A DNA stretch of 64,000 bases from Minisyncoccota bacterium (GCA_041657665.1 JBBABN010000001.1:2355-66354); one strand, 5' to 3'; positions 19,671 through 29,123 are shown, numbered from the stretch's first letter. Numbers and translations: made by a program. The notes: generated by a model not told the origin, from the letters alone.

Positions 19671-19855
19671 CTACTTCGCTCTGTTCAGAAACAGAGCTTC
19701 GCAGTGCACAGCACTATAGGAATGTGACTAAAAAGACGACTTTTACTCCTGTGGATAAGTAGGTGCATACTGGGGATAAAGGACAGTTGTCTATAATGGA
19801 TAAACTAGTGCGGTCTTAGAGTATACTGAGGAAATAAGCCATATTTATAAAAGCC

Positions 19856-20272
19856 GTGGACATTTCATCTAAGACCACTAAAGAGATAGGAAATCTGGGG
19901 GAAAGCGTCGCCTGCGAGTATCTCCGGCGACACGGATTCTCTATTCGCGATCGCAATATTGCACGAAAGACAGGAGAACTCGATGTTATCGCAGAGAAGG
20001 AAGATACCCTGCATTTTGTTGAAGTTAAGACTGTGCTGGCTGACGAATTTCCCCACTCCGCTGAAGCTACTCGGGGCAAGCCAGGTGATTATGATGAATA
20101 CGATCCTTCCCTCAACTTACACGAAGCGAAGGTGCGGAAAGTCGCACGGACCGGCGAATGGTATGTCCTAGAGAAAGGATGGGAAGGGGACTGGCAAGTA
20201 GACGGGTGTCTCGTCTGGCTCCGCCGTCGAGACGGTATGGCACGAGTGAGCTACCTGCCACAAATTGTATAA
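19856..20272 (+). CDS. yraN: YraN/UPF0102 family predicted endonuclease
   Basis: GNLGESVACEYLRRHGFSIRDRN...GELDVIA...LHFVEVKT matches the YraN restriction-endonuclease-like core. Confidence 0.7.
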   Translation: MDISSKTTKEIGNLGESVACEYLRRHGFSIRDRNIARKTGELDVIAEKEDTLHFVEVKTVLADEFPHSAEATRGKPGDYDEYDPSLNLHEAKVRKVARTGEWYVLEKGWEGDWQVDGCLVWLRRRDGMARVSYLPQIV

Positions 20273-20292
20273 ATCTGCTAGGATGCGAGAAA

Positions 20293-20363
20293 CGGGCCGG
20301 AGTATGCCGGTAGTACACCTGCTTTGGGAGCAGGCAGACCGAGTTCAATTCTCGGCGGCCCGA
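20293..20363 (+). tRNA. tRNA-Pro (anticodon TGG)
   Basis: Acceptor CGGGCCG/CGGCCCG, anticodon stem CCTGC/GCAGG with loop TTTGGGA (TGG), T arm CCGAG-TTCAATT-CTCGG. Confidence 0.8.
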
Positions 20364-20366
20364 TGA

Positions 20367-21440
20367 TTACGGTAATTGAGTAGTTATAATCGACTCTAGA
20401 GCAGTCATTTTGGGTGCAAAACTAGCGATAGAAGAAATAGGCGATTGAACAAGAAGAATATCCAAAGGTTCTTTTGTTTCACTTGCATATTCAGAACGCA
20501 CGTAGGAGGCCGTTATGGCGCTCAAGGAGCGTGTATTAATCGCACCAGAGATTGTGCTCGTCGTAATAGTGCCGACGAGTTTTCCTTCTGCGTCTACAAT
20601 GCCTCCGCCAGAAGAACCCTCTTGTGCGATAGCCGAACCGCCAAAAGAGAGTACGTCGATCGTATTCTCTGCAAAAGTAAAAACATCTTTCACTGAGCCG
20701 AATACCATAGAAGGGAAGAGTGAGGACACTATCTGGCTTGGATCAAGAAACTGTGCCCCATACGAGGCAATAGCTACTGGCGTATCAGGAAGCGGCGGCT
20801 GTGTAGCGAGTGGGATATAAGGGAAAGAGAGGGGGAGAGGACTTGTCGTCGCGCTCGAAGAGACCGCGAGGAGCGCAAAATCGTATTCACCAGTTCCGTT
20901 TGGCGATGTCTCACTGAGGACTTTTGGATTCGCCTGAAGCCATTTCTCTGAGATATATATGAGTTTTGCGTTATAGCGGTCTGTTGCCGGAACTCCAGAG
21001 CGAATAGTGCAGGAGATACCCTTATCAGCGAGAAGAAAATATTGCCCGACATGCGCATTGGTGAGGATAATGCCTTTCGCATCGATAAGAACACCTGTTG
21101 CCGAGATTGAATGGAGAGGACTTCCTTGTGGGGCGTAACAAATAATATTTACCAGAGCATCGACAAGCGTCGAAGCTGCGACACGGAGCGCTGTATTTTT
21201 TTCAACTGAAGAGGGTGATAGTGCAGGATTACTAGCTGATGTTGGAATAGCAGAAGAAACAACTTTTGGAGCAGCGCTTTCATCAGAAGGAATTGCTGAT
21301 ACTGGTTTTGTAGAAAAATCGGCAGGAATGGTAGCAGTTATAGGAGAATTAACCGTAGGAGTACGCCCAAGAAAAGAAGCAATAAAAACTCCACACACAA
21401 ACCCAAGAGAGATGCCAATAAATGAAACGAATCGTCGCAT
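20367..21440 (-). CDS. Secreted trypsin-like serine protease (S1 family, HtrA-like without an obvious PDZ)
   Basis: Signal/TM at the N-terminus. Catalytic-triad context ILTNAHV (His) and ...GSSGGGIVDAEGKLVGTIT (the Ser motif, cf. GDSGGP). Confidence 0.7.
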   Translation of the reverse strand: MRRFVSFIGISLGFVCGVFIASFLGRTPTVNSPITATIPADFSTKPVSAIPSDESAAPKVVSSAIPTSASNPALSPSSVEKNTALRVAASTLVDALVNIICYAPQGSPLHSISATGVLIDAKGIILTNAHVGQYFLLADKGISCTIRSGVPATDRYNAKLIYISEKWLQANPKVLSETSPNGTGEYDFALLAVSSSATTSPLPLSFPYIPLATQPPLPDTPVAIASYGAQFLDPSQIVSSLFPSMVFGSVKDVFTFAENTIDVLSFGGSAIAQEGSSGGGIVDAEGKLVGTITTSTISGAINTRSLSAITASYVRSEYASETKEPLDILLVQSPISSIASFAPKMTALESIITTQLP

Positions 21441-21482
21441 GTTTATACGCTAGCGCAAAAATGGTATTCTCACCACAGGAAC

Positions 21483-21553
21483 GCGGGATTAGTTTAATGG
21501 TAGAACTACAGATTTCCAATCTGTTAGTGGGAGTTCGATTCTCCCATCCCGCA
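21483..21553 (+). tRNA. tRNA-Gly (anticodon TCC)
   Basis: Acceptor GCGGGAT/ATCCCGC, anticodon stem ACAGA/TCTGT with loop TTTCCAA (TCC), T arm GGGAG-TTCGATT-CTCCC. Confidence 0.85.
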
Positions 21554-21556
21554 CAC

Positions 21557-21585
21557 TTGACAGAATTAGAGTAATCTGCTATCAT
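21557..21585 (+). promoter_or_regulatory. Sigma70-like promoter (TTGACA, 17-nt spacer, TATCAT) upstream of ORF 21655
   Basis: TTGACA at 21557-21562 and TATCAT at 21580-21585 are visible. A strong RBS TAAGGAGG lies 7 nt upstream of the ATG at 21655. Confidence 0.55.
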
Positions 21586-21654
21586 AGATATAGAAGCTTG
21601 GGGAATGACCTCGAGCGAGTACAAAAACCCGCATGATGCCTAAGGAGGCGCGCG

Positions 21655-21969
21655 ATGGGTGAAAGAAAGCTGTCTCACGAGCTGATGGATTTTGGTTTCT
21701 TCTCAGCACTCGGAACATCAGAGCATTCTGGATGTTCGAAAGAAGAAACTCACGTGAAGCGCGGACGACCGTATACCCATGACTCAAACAATGGAGTCGT
21801 AGTGGTGTACGACGAAGAGGGACGCCCGTGGATTATCTGCAATCCTCTCGGATTCAATAATATTCTTCAGAGTTATCCTATGGAAAGACGCGGAGCTTAT
21901 GTTCCGCACTCCAACGATGGGGGATATTTTGTCCATGAGGTTATGGACAAAATGATGATCAAACCCTAA
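21655..21969 (+). CDS. Hypothetical 104-aa protein
   Basis: Good promoter and RBS upstream, and an intrinsic terminator (21987..22016) downstream. No recognisable motif. Confidence 0.5.
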   Translation: MGERKLSHELMDFGFFSALGTSEHSGCSKEETHVKRGRPYTHDSNNGVVVVYDEEGRPWIICNPLGFNNILQSYPMERRGAYVPHSNDGGYFVHEVMDKMMIKP

Positions 21970-22046
21970 CCATCCAATGTTTCGCCGACGCGACCCTGAA
22001 ATATGGGTCGCGTTTTATTTTATCTGAAAGAGAGTACGCTTACTCT

Positions 22047-23258
22047 ATGGAGCCGCTCGCTGCACAAATACGACCGAAGACGCTTCAAGAAGTTGTCGGA
22101 CAAGAACATTTGGTAGGCGAAGGGAAGCCCTTGCGCGTCGCAGTAGAAAAGAAACATAAGTTCTCTTTTGTTCTCTGGGGGCCGCCCGGGACAGGGAAGA
22201 CGACTATTGCGCGCATTTATGCGCGCGCGCTTGATGCAGAACTATTTGAACTCTCGGCGGTATCGGCAGGGAAGGACGATATTAGAAAGTTGTTAGGCGC
22301 AAGGGATAAGGTGCAAGGAAATTCGCTTAAACCTTACACCTTGAACCTTAAACCTAAAGTATTGTTTCTCGACGAGATTCATCGTTTTAATAAAAGCCAG
22401 CAGGATTTTCTCTTGCCCTATGTCGAGAGCGGAGAATTAACCCTCATCGGCGCAACGACGGAGAATCCTTCATTTGAAATTATCGCGCCCCTTCTCTCGC
22501 GCTGTCGCGTATTCGTCTTAGAGCCTCTTTCTGAAGAAGCCCTCCGCGCGATTGTTAAAAGAACAAAACTGAAAGTGAAGAAAGACGCTTTTGAATGGCT
22601 TTTGGGTTATGCGGGCGGGGACGCACGCAGGGCACTTGGGATGATGGAAGGTGCACAAAGTTTATATGGGGAGGTTACTATCGAATCCCTTACTAAAGCG
22701 CTCGAATCGCCCCATCTGCACTACGACAAGAAAGGCGAAGAACACTACGACACTATCAGTGCGTTTATTAAAAGCATGCGCGCTTCGCAGGCAGATGCGG
22801 CGATTTATTATTTGGCGCGAATGGTCGAAGCGGGAGAAGATCCGCTCTTTATCGCACGACGAATGGTTATCTTCGCCTCAGAAGATGTGGGACTCGCCCA
22901 GCCGACAGCGCTCGTAGTCGCGAATGCCGTCTTTCGTGCCTGCGAGACCATCGGCTATCCTGAATGTGCGATTAATCTCGCACACGGAGTCGCGTATCTC
23001 GCACAAGCGAAGAAAGATCGTTCTACTTATGATGCGCTTCGTGGCGCACAAGCTGACGTGCATGCCTACGGCAACTTGCCGGTACCGAAGAAAATACGAA
23101 ATGCTGTCACAAAACTTATGAAAGACCTCGACTATGGAAAGGGGTACGAGAAATACCCCTCGACTCCCTTCGACGATGCTCAAGGTAAACCGCTCGGGGC
23201 AAGTGAACCAGAATCATACTTGCCGGACAAATTGAAGAAAAAGAAGTACTTAAAATAA
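22047..23258 (+). CDS. rarA: Replication-associated recombination protein A (AAA+ ATPase RarA/MgsA)
   Basis: Walker [10 protein letters not shown], Walker B LFLDEIHRFNKSQQD, sensor and C-terminal MgsA helical domain (AIYYLARMVEAGEDPLFIARRM). Confidence 0.9.
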   Translation: MEPLAAQIRPKTLQEVVGQEHLVGEGKPLRVAVEKKHKFSFVLWGPPGTGKTTIARIYARALDAELFELSAVSAGKDDIRKLLGARDKVQGNSLKPYTLNLKPKVLFLDEIHRFNKSQQDFLLPYVESGELTLIGATTENPSFEIIAPLLSRCRVFVLEPLSEEALRAIVKRTKLKVKKDAFEWLLGYAGGDARRALGMMEGAQSLYGEVTIESLTKALESPHLHYDKKGEEHYDTISAFIKSMRASQADAAIYYLARMVEAGEDPLFIARRMVIFASEDVGLAQPTALVVANAVFRACETIGYPECAINLAHGVAYLAQAKKDRSTYDALRGAQADVHAYGNLPVPKKIRNAVTKLMKDLDYGKGYEKYPSTPFDDAQGKPLGASEPESYLPDKLKKKKYLK

Positions 23259-23300
23259 AAACAAAGAGCGCCCTCGTTGCGAGGGCGCTCTTTGTTTTTA
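23258..23300. terminator. Bidirectional terminator hairpin between rarA and hup (AAACAAAGAGCGCCCTCG..CGAGGGCGCTCTTTGTTTTT)
   Basis: 17-bp perfect inverted repeat flanked by A- and T-runs, between convergent genes. Confidence 0.85.
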
Positions 23301-23332
23301 CTTAAACCTTACACCTTACCGCTTACACCTAT

Positions 23333-23605
23333 CTACTTCACTGCGTCCTTGAGCGCCTTTGCGGCGCGGAACTTCGCAGTGCGAGATGCTGCGATGTGGA
23401 TGGTCTCGCCTGTGCGAGGATTGCGTCCTTCGCGCGCTGGGCGCGCCTTCGTCGCGAAGATACCGAGGCCTGCTACTGATACTTCATCGCCGGATTTAAG
23501 ACCGGAGACAATCGAATCAATAACCGTCTCAACAGCACGCTCGGCATCTGCCTTTGTTGATCCGAGAACGCCGTGCACTTTGTCGACAATATCTGCTTTA
23601 TTCAT
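23333..23605 (-). CDS. hup: HU family DNA-binding protein
   Basis: 90 aa: MNKADIVDKV...RNPRTGETIHIAASRTAKFRAAKALKDAV is a canonical HU/IHF fold sequence. Confidence 0.95.
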   Translation of the reverse strand: MNKADIVDKVHGVLGSTKADAERAVETVIDSIVSGLKSGDEVSVAGLGIFATKARPAREGRNPRTGETIHIAASRTAKFRAAKALKDAVK

Positions 23606-23717
23606 GAGTATCTGCTAATTGCTAATCCCGCAGCCAATAGGGGCGGGTATGGGGGAAGTATAGGAAATGAGCCCTATTGTGCAAGAGGGCTCTCCGCGAG
23701 ACGTGGATAGTGGAGAA

Positions 23718-25247
23718 TTAGCGGGCAAACTCCACGACACGGTTCTCGCGGATGATGTTCACCTTAATCTCGCCTGGATATTTGAGTTCTTCCTGAATGC
23801 GCTTGGCGATATCACGCGCGAGCTTATGCATCGCGAGGTCAGAAACCTTGCCGGGGTTCACGAAGATGCGTATCTCTCGCCCTGCGGCGATGGCATACAC
23901 CTTTTCAACTCCTTCGAATGTCGCTGCGAGGCGTTCTAGGTCGCCGAGACGTTCAAGATACCGGTCGACCGTGTCACGACGCGCACCCGGGCGACCGCTT
24001 GATATCGCATCTGCCACCTGCACAATAACCGCTTCTGGTGTTTCGTAGGGATATTCGTCATGGTGTGACTGCATAGCTTGGATAATGCGCGGATCAACAC
24101 TAAATTTTTCGAGAATTCTGCGGCCGATCTCGACATGAGTGCCCTGAACTTCATGATCAACTGCCTTGCCGATATCATGCAGAAGCGCTGCGGTACGTGC
24201 GACCGTAGAATCTACATCAAGCTCAGTCGCGAGCATCCCAGCGATATACGCTGTCTCGATAGAATGCTGAAGCATATTCTGTCCAAAGCTAGCACGGAAG
24301 TGGAGACGGCCCAGAAGTTCTGTCAATTTCGGGTCGAGCCCGACAATACCGACTTCATACGCAGCTGCTTCACCCTTCTGCTTCACAATATCAGCAACTT
24401 CAGCACGTGTTTTTTCTACGGTCTCTTCTATTTTGACTGGTTGAATGCGACCATCGGCAATAAGCTTCTCGAGAGAGGTCTTCGCGACATACCGACGGAG
24501 TGGATCAAAGGAAGAGAGTGTTATCTTGTCCGGCACATCGTCAATAAGCACATCTACGCCAGTTGCACGTTCAAAAGCTTTAATATTGCGCCCTTCTTTG
24601 CCAATAATTTTTCCTTTTATTTCTTCTGAAGGAAGTGTGACCGAGAGGGACATCACTTCAGCATTCACCGCATTCCCGAGGCGATGAATCGTATTGGTGA
24701 GAATAGAACGCGCTTTATCTTCAAGTCGTTCACGGCCATTCGCCGCAAGCTTCTGTAAACGCAGAAGAATTGATTCTTCGTATGAGTTTTCAATTTCAGA
24801 AAAGAGTTCTTTCCGCGCATCTTCTTCTGAGAGATGGGCGACCTTCGCCAGTTCTTTTGAGCGTTCTGCCGTAAGCTTTTCTGCTTCGCTCTTCGCGCGA
24901 AGAGCATCCTGTTCGCGAGAGCGTACCTCATCTTCCTTGTCATCAAGGTCTCGTTGACGAGAATCAAGAAATTCTTCACGCGAGATGATATGTGCTTCAC
25001 GTGCAGAGAGTTTTCCTTCGCGCTCTTCGATTGGTACGAGACGTTCGGTCTCGAAGACCTCTCCTCGGAATTCGGCTTCAGCGATAATCTTCGCCGCCTG
25101 CTCCTTCGCTTGGAGCAGTTTTTGTTTGATATCGAGCTCAATCGAACCCTTCTGAGCGAGACCAATAAGCACACGCAGCACATAGCCCAGCACAATACCG
25201 CCGGTTCCAGACAGTGCAAGTAGAATCAATATAATTTTGAGTGACAT
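23718..25247 (-). CDS. rny: Ribonuclease Y
   Basis: N-terminal TM helix, coiled-coil, KH domain (GKIIGKEGRNIKAFERATGV) and HD domain (LLHDIGK...), the RNase Y architecture. 509 aa. Confidence 0.9.
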   Translation of the reverse strand: MSLKIILILLALSGTGGIVLGYVLRVLIGLAQKGSIELDIKQKLLQAKEQAAKIIAEAEFRGEVFETERLVPIEEREGKLSAREAHIISREEFLDSRQRDLDDKEDEVRSREQDALRAKSEAEKLTAERSKELAKVAHLSEEDARKELFSEIENSYEESILLRLQKLAANGRERLEDKARSILTNTIHRLGNAVNAEVMSLSVTLPSEEIKGKIIGKEGRNIKAFERATGVDVLIDDVPDKITLSSFDPLRRYVAKTSLEKLIADGRIQPVKIEETVEKTRAEVADIVKQKGEAAAYEVGIVGLDPKLTELLGRLHFRASFGQNMLQHSIETAYIAGMLATELDVDSTVARTAALLHDIGKAVDHEVQGTHVEIGRRILEKFSVDPRIIQAMQSHHDEYPYETPEAVIVQVADAISSGRPGARRDTVDRYLERLGDLERLAATFEGVEKVYAIAAGREIRIFVNPGKVSDLAMHKLARDIAKRIQEELKYPGEIKVNIIRENRVVEFAR

Positions 25248-25381
25248 ACGCCCATTTTGCCCCGAAGGGGCCCCGTTGGGGTTATCCTCCTTTCTGGGGA
25301 TTATTTGAAGTTAAGTAAAGGGGGAGACGGTACGGCTTTCAGGTCAGTCAATCAGTGAGACAGTATAGAAGGACTTTACCA

Positions 25382-25415
25382 CAAAATCCCGCGCGGCACA
25401 CCGCGCGGGATTTTG
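25382..25415. terminator. Hairpin terminator after clpP (CCCGCGCGGCACACCGCGCGGG flanked by AAAAT/ATTTTG)
   Basis: GC-rich 9-bp stem with flanking A/T runs, 12 nt beyond the clpP stop. Confidence 0.75.
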
Positions 25416-25426
25416 TGTGCTCTTTG

Positions 25427-26026
25427 TTACGCGTACACTTTATCAACCAACCCGTACTTTTTCGCTTCTTCAGCCGTCATAAAGAAGTCGCGCTCGACAT
25501 CCTTCTCAATCTTCGCGAGTGGCTGGCCCGTATTCTTCGAGAGAATCTTATTCAACACCGCACGAAGCTTCAGAATCTGCTTCGCGGTAATCTCGATATC
25601 GGTCGCTTGACCCTCAGCACCGCCACTTGGCTGATGGATCATTATCTCAGCATTCGGGAGCGCGAAGCGTTTACCTTTTTCTCCTGCCGAGAGGAGAATC
25701 GCCGCGCCTGAAGCTGCCATACCAACGCACACCGTCGAAACATTCGGTTTTACATGATTCATCGTGTCTACCATCGCAAGTGTCGAAGTAACCGAGCCAC
25801 CTGGAGAGTTGATGTAGAGTGAAATATCTTTTTTAGGGTCTTCAGCTTCGAGGAAGAGAAGCTGGGCGATCACGAGATTTGCCGTATCGTCATCAATATG
25901 TCCGCCAAGAAAAATAACACGCTCCTTCAAGAGGCGCGAGTAGATGTCATAGGCGCGCTCGCCGAATTGGCTCTTCTCGATAACCATCGGGACGAGCATT
26001 GAGGCACGAGGTTGTGAATGTGTCAT
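25427..26026 (-). CDS. clpP: ATP-dependent Clp protease proteolytic subunit
   Basis: [46 protein letters not shown]...MAASGAA...MIHQP is a canonical ClpP sequence including the Ser-His catalytic motifs. Confidence 0.95.
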   Translation of the reverse strand: MTHSQPRASMLVPMVIEKSQFGERAYDIYSRLLKERVIFLGGHIDDDTANLVIAQLLFLEAEDPKKDISLYINSPGGSVTSTLAMVDTMNHVKPNVSTVCVGMAASGAAILLSAGEKGKRFALPNAEIMIHQPSGGAEGQATDIEITAKQILKLRAVLNKILSKNTGQPLAKIEKDVERDFFMTAEEAKKYGLVDKVYA

Positions 26027-26035
26027 AGATAAAAA

Positions 26036-26221
26036 TTATTGAGCAGTTGATTCTACAGGAATTTGATTCTGAGAGAGTCTCTTACCCCACGAATAGAACG
26101 CGCCGACGACAATCATCATCACAATAACAACAATCGAAATAACCACGCCCCAGGACTGTTGTGCGCGCGAAGGCATTGGCGGCACTGGCTCACTAGGCGG
26201 GAGGAGGGGTTCGTTCTCCAT
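26036..26221 (-). CDS. Possible small membrane protein (MENEPLLPP...VVISIVVIVMMIVVGAFY...)
   Basis: 61-aa ORF with one TM, between clpP and ppa. The ORF-track N-terminal extension overlaps ppa and is rejected. Confidence 0.3.
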   Translation of the reverse strand: MENEPLLPPSEPVPPMPSRAQQSWGVVISIVVIVMMIVVGAFYSWGKRLSQNQIPVESTAQ

Positions 26222-26222
26222 A

Positions 26223-26738
26223 TTATTTGTCGAGATACATCTTCTTCGCGCGCTCAAATGCGGCAAAGGCCGCCTCGCGTCCTTCGAATTCGCCAACGAC
26301 CACTTCCTTCTTCTGAATTTGTTTATACGTCGCGAAGAAGTGGGCAATTTCTTTCAGTACATGTTGATTTGCATCAGTAATATCCTTCACATCCGCATAG
26401 CGCGGATCGCCTGAAGCAACCGCAATAACTTTTTCATCGGCCTCGCCTCCATCAACCATATGCAAGATACCAATCGGACGCGCCGGAGCGAGGATGCCTG
26501 ACACGAGCGGATGCGTCGTCAGAAGGACGACATCGAGCGCATCGTGGTCATCCCAGAGTGTCTGCGGCACGAATCCGTAGTCGAAAGGGTAGTCCTGCGC
26601 AGAATGCATCACGCGATCGAGCTTGATAATACCGGTCTTCTTATCAATCTCGTATTTATTGTGCGAACCTTTCGGAATCTCAATAATGACATTCATCTCT
26701 TCTTTGGTGCCCGGATCAATATCGTGTAGCAAATTCAT
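26223..26738 (-). CDS. ppa: Inorganic pyrophosphatase (family I)
   Basis: IIEIPKGSHNKYEIDKKTGIIKLDRV...DGDPLDVL-like motifs. The ATG at 26738 is chosen as start; the longer ORF-track start at 26801 overlaps nusA. Confidence 0.9.
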   Translation of the reverse strand: MNLLHDIDPGTKEEMNVIIEIPKGSHNKYEIDKKTGIIKLDRVMHSAQDYPFDYGFVPQTLWDDHDALDVVLLTTHPLVSGILAPARPIGILHMVDGGEADEKVIAVASGDPRYADVKDITDANQHVLKEIAHFFATYKQIQKKEVVVGEFEGREAAFAAFERAKKMYLDK

Positions 26739-26763
26739 ATGAATAAGTAATAGGGCTAATAAT

Positions 26764-28152
26764 TTATTCGTCTTTCGCTGTATCGCGGTCTTCTTCTGCA
26801 TCAGCGACCGTCTCGTCGCTTGCCGGCAGTTCTGTCGATTCTTCTTCGGCAGGAAGTTCGGTAAGCTCTACCACTTCTTCAGTAATGATTTCATCACTTT
26901 CAGTCGGCATAACACCCGCCAATTCAGCAGGATCGGTTTCATCCTCTTTTCTAGTAGGATCCTCATCAACAACCGCGACTGATTCGCCATCAGATCCAGC
27001 GACTTCAGTGCCGCCAGTAGAAATAATATCAATATTCCATCCGGTAAGCTTCGCAGCGAGACGCACATTCTGACCACCGCGACCAATCGCGAGTGATTGT
27101 TCATCTTCAGATACTGTAACAGTCGCGCGATGACCTTCTTCATCAAGCACTACTTCAACCGGTGTCGCAGGGGAGAGCGCCTCTCTCACAAATTCTTTTG
27201 CATCATCATTCCATTCGATAATATCAATACGTTCTCCTCCAAGCTCACTCATCACAGTAGAAACGCGCACACCACGCTGACCGACGAGAGAACCGACCGG
27301 GTCGACATGTGACTCTTTCGAAGCAAGCGCTATCTTAGTACGACTGCCTGGCTCGCGCGCCAGCGCCTTCACCTCTATCGCACCACTCGCAAGCTCGGGT
27401 GCCTCAAGCTCGAAAAGCTTCACGACAAACTTCGGATGCGCACGGGAAAGTCGCAGATATACACCGCGGAATCCCTCGTCTACCGCGTAGAGATACGCGC
27501 GAATACGCTCACCCATACGATACCGCTCTCCTGGAATCTGCTCTTCATAAGGGATAATGCCGGTCGTACGCCCAAGATCGACGAAAATCGCTCCGCGTTC
27601 CATCCGCTGGACGATACCCGACACAATCTGACCTTTTCGCTCACCGAATTCCTCCATCATCGAGGTTTTTTCTGCTTCGCGCACCTTCTGAATAACTACC
27701 TGCTTGGCGGTTTGTGCTGCTATACGACCAAAATCGTCTTGCGGTTCGAGAGGGAAGACGATCTGTTCGCCCACAACAGCGTCACGCTTCATAAGCTTCG
27801 CATTAGCGATAAGGATATGCTTTTCAGAGTCGAAACGTGGCAATTCACCCTCAGCAAGCTGTTCTTCCTCATTATGAAATGAGTGCATGTGGTGACTATG
27901 CTCTTCAGGAATTTCTTCTCCAGGAGCAGGAAAACGAACGGTTGTGTCGTCCACAATCGTTTTAATCTGTTCGAAGGAGATAGTACCAGTATTAAGGTCG
28001 AGTTTGGCGTGTACCACTTGCCCGCGCTTACCGTATTCGCGCTTATATGCGGTCGCCATCGCACTCTCGATAGCCTCAATCATCGTTTCGCGATTAATGC
28101 CCCTGTCTTCGAACTCTCCGAGCACTGCATTGATGGTTTTTAAGTCAATCAT
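26764..28152 (-). CDS. nusA: Transcription termination/antitermination factor NusA
   Basis: N-terminal NusA domain (MIDLKTINAVLGEFEDRGINRETMIEAIE), S1 domain, two KH domains, and an acidic C-terminal tail. Confidence 0.9.
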   Translation of the reverse strand: MIDLKTINAVLGEFEDRGINRETMIEAIESAMATAYKREYGKRGQVVHAKLDLNTGTISFEQIKTIVDDTTVRFPAPGEEIPEEHSHHMHSFHNEEEQLAEGELPRFDSEKHILIANAKLMKRDAVVGEQIVFPLEPQDDFGRIAAQTAKQVVIQKVREAEKTSMMEEFGERKGQIVSGIVQRMERGAIFVDLGRTTGIIPYEEQIPGERYRMGERIRAYLYAVDEGFRGVYLRLSRAHPKFVVKLFELEAPELASGAIEVKALAREPGSRTKIALASKESHVDPVGSLVGQRGVRVSTVMSELGGERIDIIEWNDDAKEFVREALSPATPVEVVLDEEGHRATVTVSEDEQSLAIGRGGQNVRLAAKLTGWNIDIISTGGTEVAGSDGESVAVVDEDPTRKEDETDPAELAGVMPTESDEIITEEVVELTELPAEEESTELPASDETVADAEEDRDTAKDE

Positions 28153-28322
28153 ATGGAATATGTATGTCGCACGTTTTTAATATGTCTAACACCTATTCTA
28201 ACATTTCTAATAAAAATGCCCGCATCGCGGACATTTCAGATGATGTAAAGATACCAGATTCTTTTTTATGCGTCAACACAAAAAGAAAAGAGCCACCTAA
28301 TTGGTGACTCTATGCCCTTACG

Positions 28323-28382
28323 GTCTCGCCTCGACTTATTTTATTCGTCCGAGATCCCCGCTTACGCCTTGGGTTAGGCGGC
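28323..28382 (-). repeat. R element copy 1 (partial, ~60 nt) at the 3' end of small ORF 28395..28673
   Basis: GTCTCGCCTCGACTTATTTTATTCGTCCGAGATCCCCGCTTACGCCTTGGGTTAGGCGG is near-identical to the 5' two-thirds of copy 2 (28730..28815). Confidence 0.8.
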
Positions 28383-28394
28383 TGTGTGAAGATG

Positions 28395-28673
28395 TTAATT
28401 GCTCTTCTTCCTTGAGAGAAAGAGAAAGACAATTAAACCAACCAAGAAGTATACCGCCATGGACAAGTGGAGCGAAAGAGCCTCCGACCATGGCCATACC
28501 ATCCCAAACATCAGGACGGTGCAGTTTGTTCCTTGAATGTGCACCTTCATGTACAACGCCCCCACGAGAAAAATGCAGAAAGAGTAGAGAGCTACGAAAA
28601 TACTGGAGACCAGCACTTTCACGAAGATCTCTAATCCTTTGACAAACTTCTCGGCAGCTTTTTCAGATGTCAT
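28395..28673 (-). CDS. Small hydrophobic membrane protein (92 aa), unknown function. First downstream member of the small-ORF array.
   Basis: ORF with an AAGGAG RBS ~8 nt before its ATG (reverse complement of 28674-28690). Two predicted TM helices. Confidence 0.45.
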   Translation of the reverse strand: MTSEKAAEKFVKGLEIFVKVLVSSIFVALYSFCIFLVGALYMKVHIQGTNCTVLMFGMVWPWSEALSLHLSMAVYFLVGLIVFLFLSRKKSN

Positions 28674-28729
28674 TTCACTTCTCCTTTTTTATTGTGAGAG
28701 AACATTTTTTCTGTTTTCATTTCCCTGAG

Positions 28730-28815
28730 GTCTCGCCTCGGCTTATTTTATTCGTCCGAGATCCCCGCTCACGCCTTGGGTTAGGCGGGTTTCGCTACCC
28801 CGGCTCGAGCGAGAC
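28730..28815 (-). repeat. R element copy 2 (86 nt), a structured repeat overlapping the stop of ORF 28795..29097
   Basis: Terminal 7-bp pairing GTCTCGC/GCGAGAC encloses two hairpins (CTCGG..CCGAG and CCCGC..GCGGG). The ORF C-terminus LEPG* is encoded by the conserved GGCTCGAGC segment. Confidence 0.8.
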
Positions 28816-29097
28816 GACCTTTGATCTGGAAATCAAAAGCCGATCGGCCCCACAGCCTATGCGGCGGCCGTCGATCCACTCCGAGTGAGAGTGCATCACC
28901 CAGAGCACATTTCCATGGCTCTGAATCTCTACCACTCTTGGATCATTTGGATCGAGCTGGAGGGTCTTCACCTCGTCCTCATAGACATCAATGTCCCCTC
29001 TCCAGTACTTCCAAGTGCTCGGCCAGCGAGTCCAATTAATCTTTCTTTCTGTCCCATCCGTAAAACGGATGAACATTGGTCTTCCTGGACAATCCAT
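28795..29097 (-). CDS. Hypothetical 100-aa protein, middle ORF of the array
   Basis: Perfect SD AAGGAG 8 nt upstream of the ATG at 29097. The C-terminus is encoded inside R copy 2. No recognisable domain. Confidence 0.55.
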   Translation of the reverse strand: MDCPGRPMFIRFTDGTERKINWTRWPSTWKYWRGDIDVYEDEVKTLQLDPNDPRVVEIQSHGNVLWVMHSHSEWIDGRRIGCGADRLLISRSKVVSLEPG

Positions 29098-29123
29098 TTT
29101 ATTACTCCTTCAAAAAAGAACAT

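Noticed and set aside
19473-19727. 84-aa ORF 'MVKWISRLTSDQLF...' on the + strand
   Set aside because: It is the translation of the tRNA-Arg/tRNA-Gly gene pair and their spacer. Clear cloverleaf structures account for the sequence.
26739-26801. ppa start at 26801 overlapping the nusA 3' end
   Set aside because: The pyrophosphatase fold begins just before IIEIPKG. The ATG at 26738 gives a normal-length protein with no overlap.
28730-28815. R elements as integron attC sites (GTTAGGC core-site heptamer present in copies 1 and 2)
   Set aside because: No intI nearby, the heptamer is not conserved in copy 3, and the element lacks the R''/R' inverse-core architecture at its ends. The ORFs are on the opposite strand relative to the GTTRRRY orientation expected.
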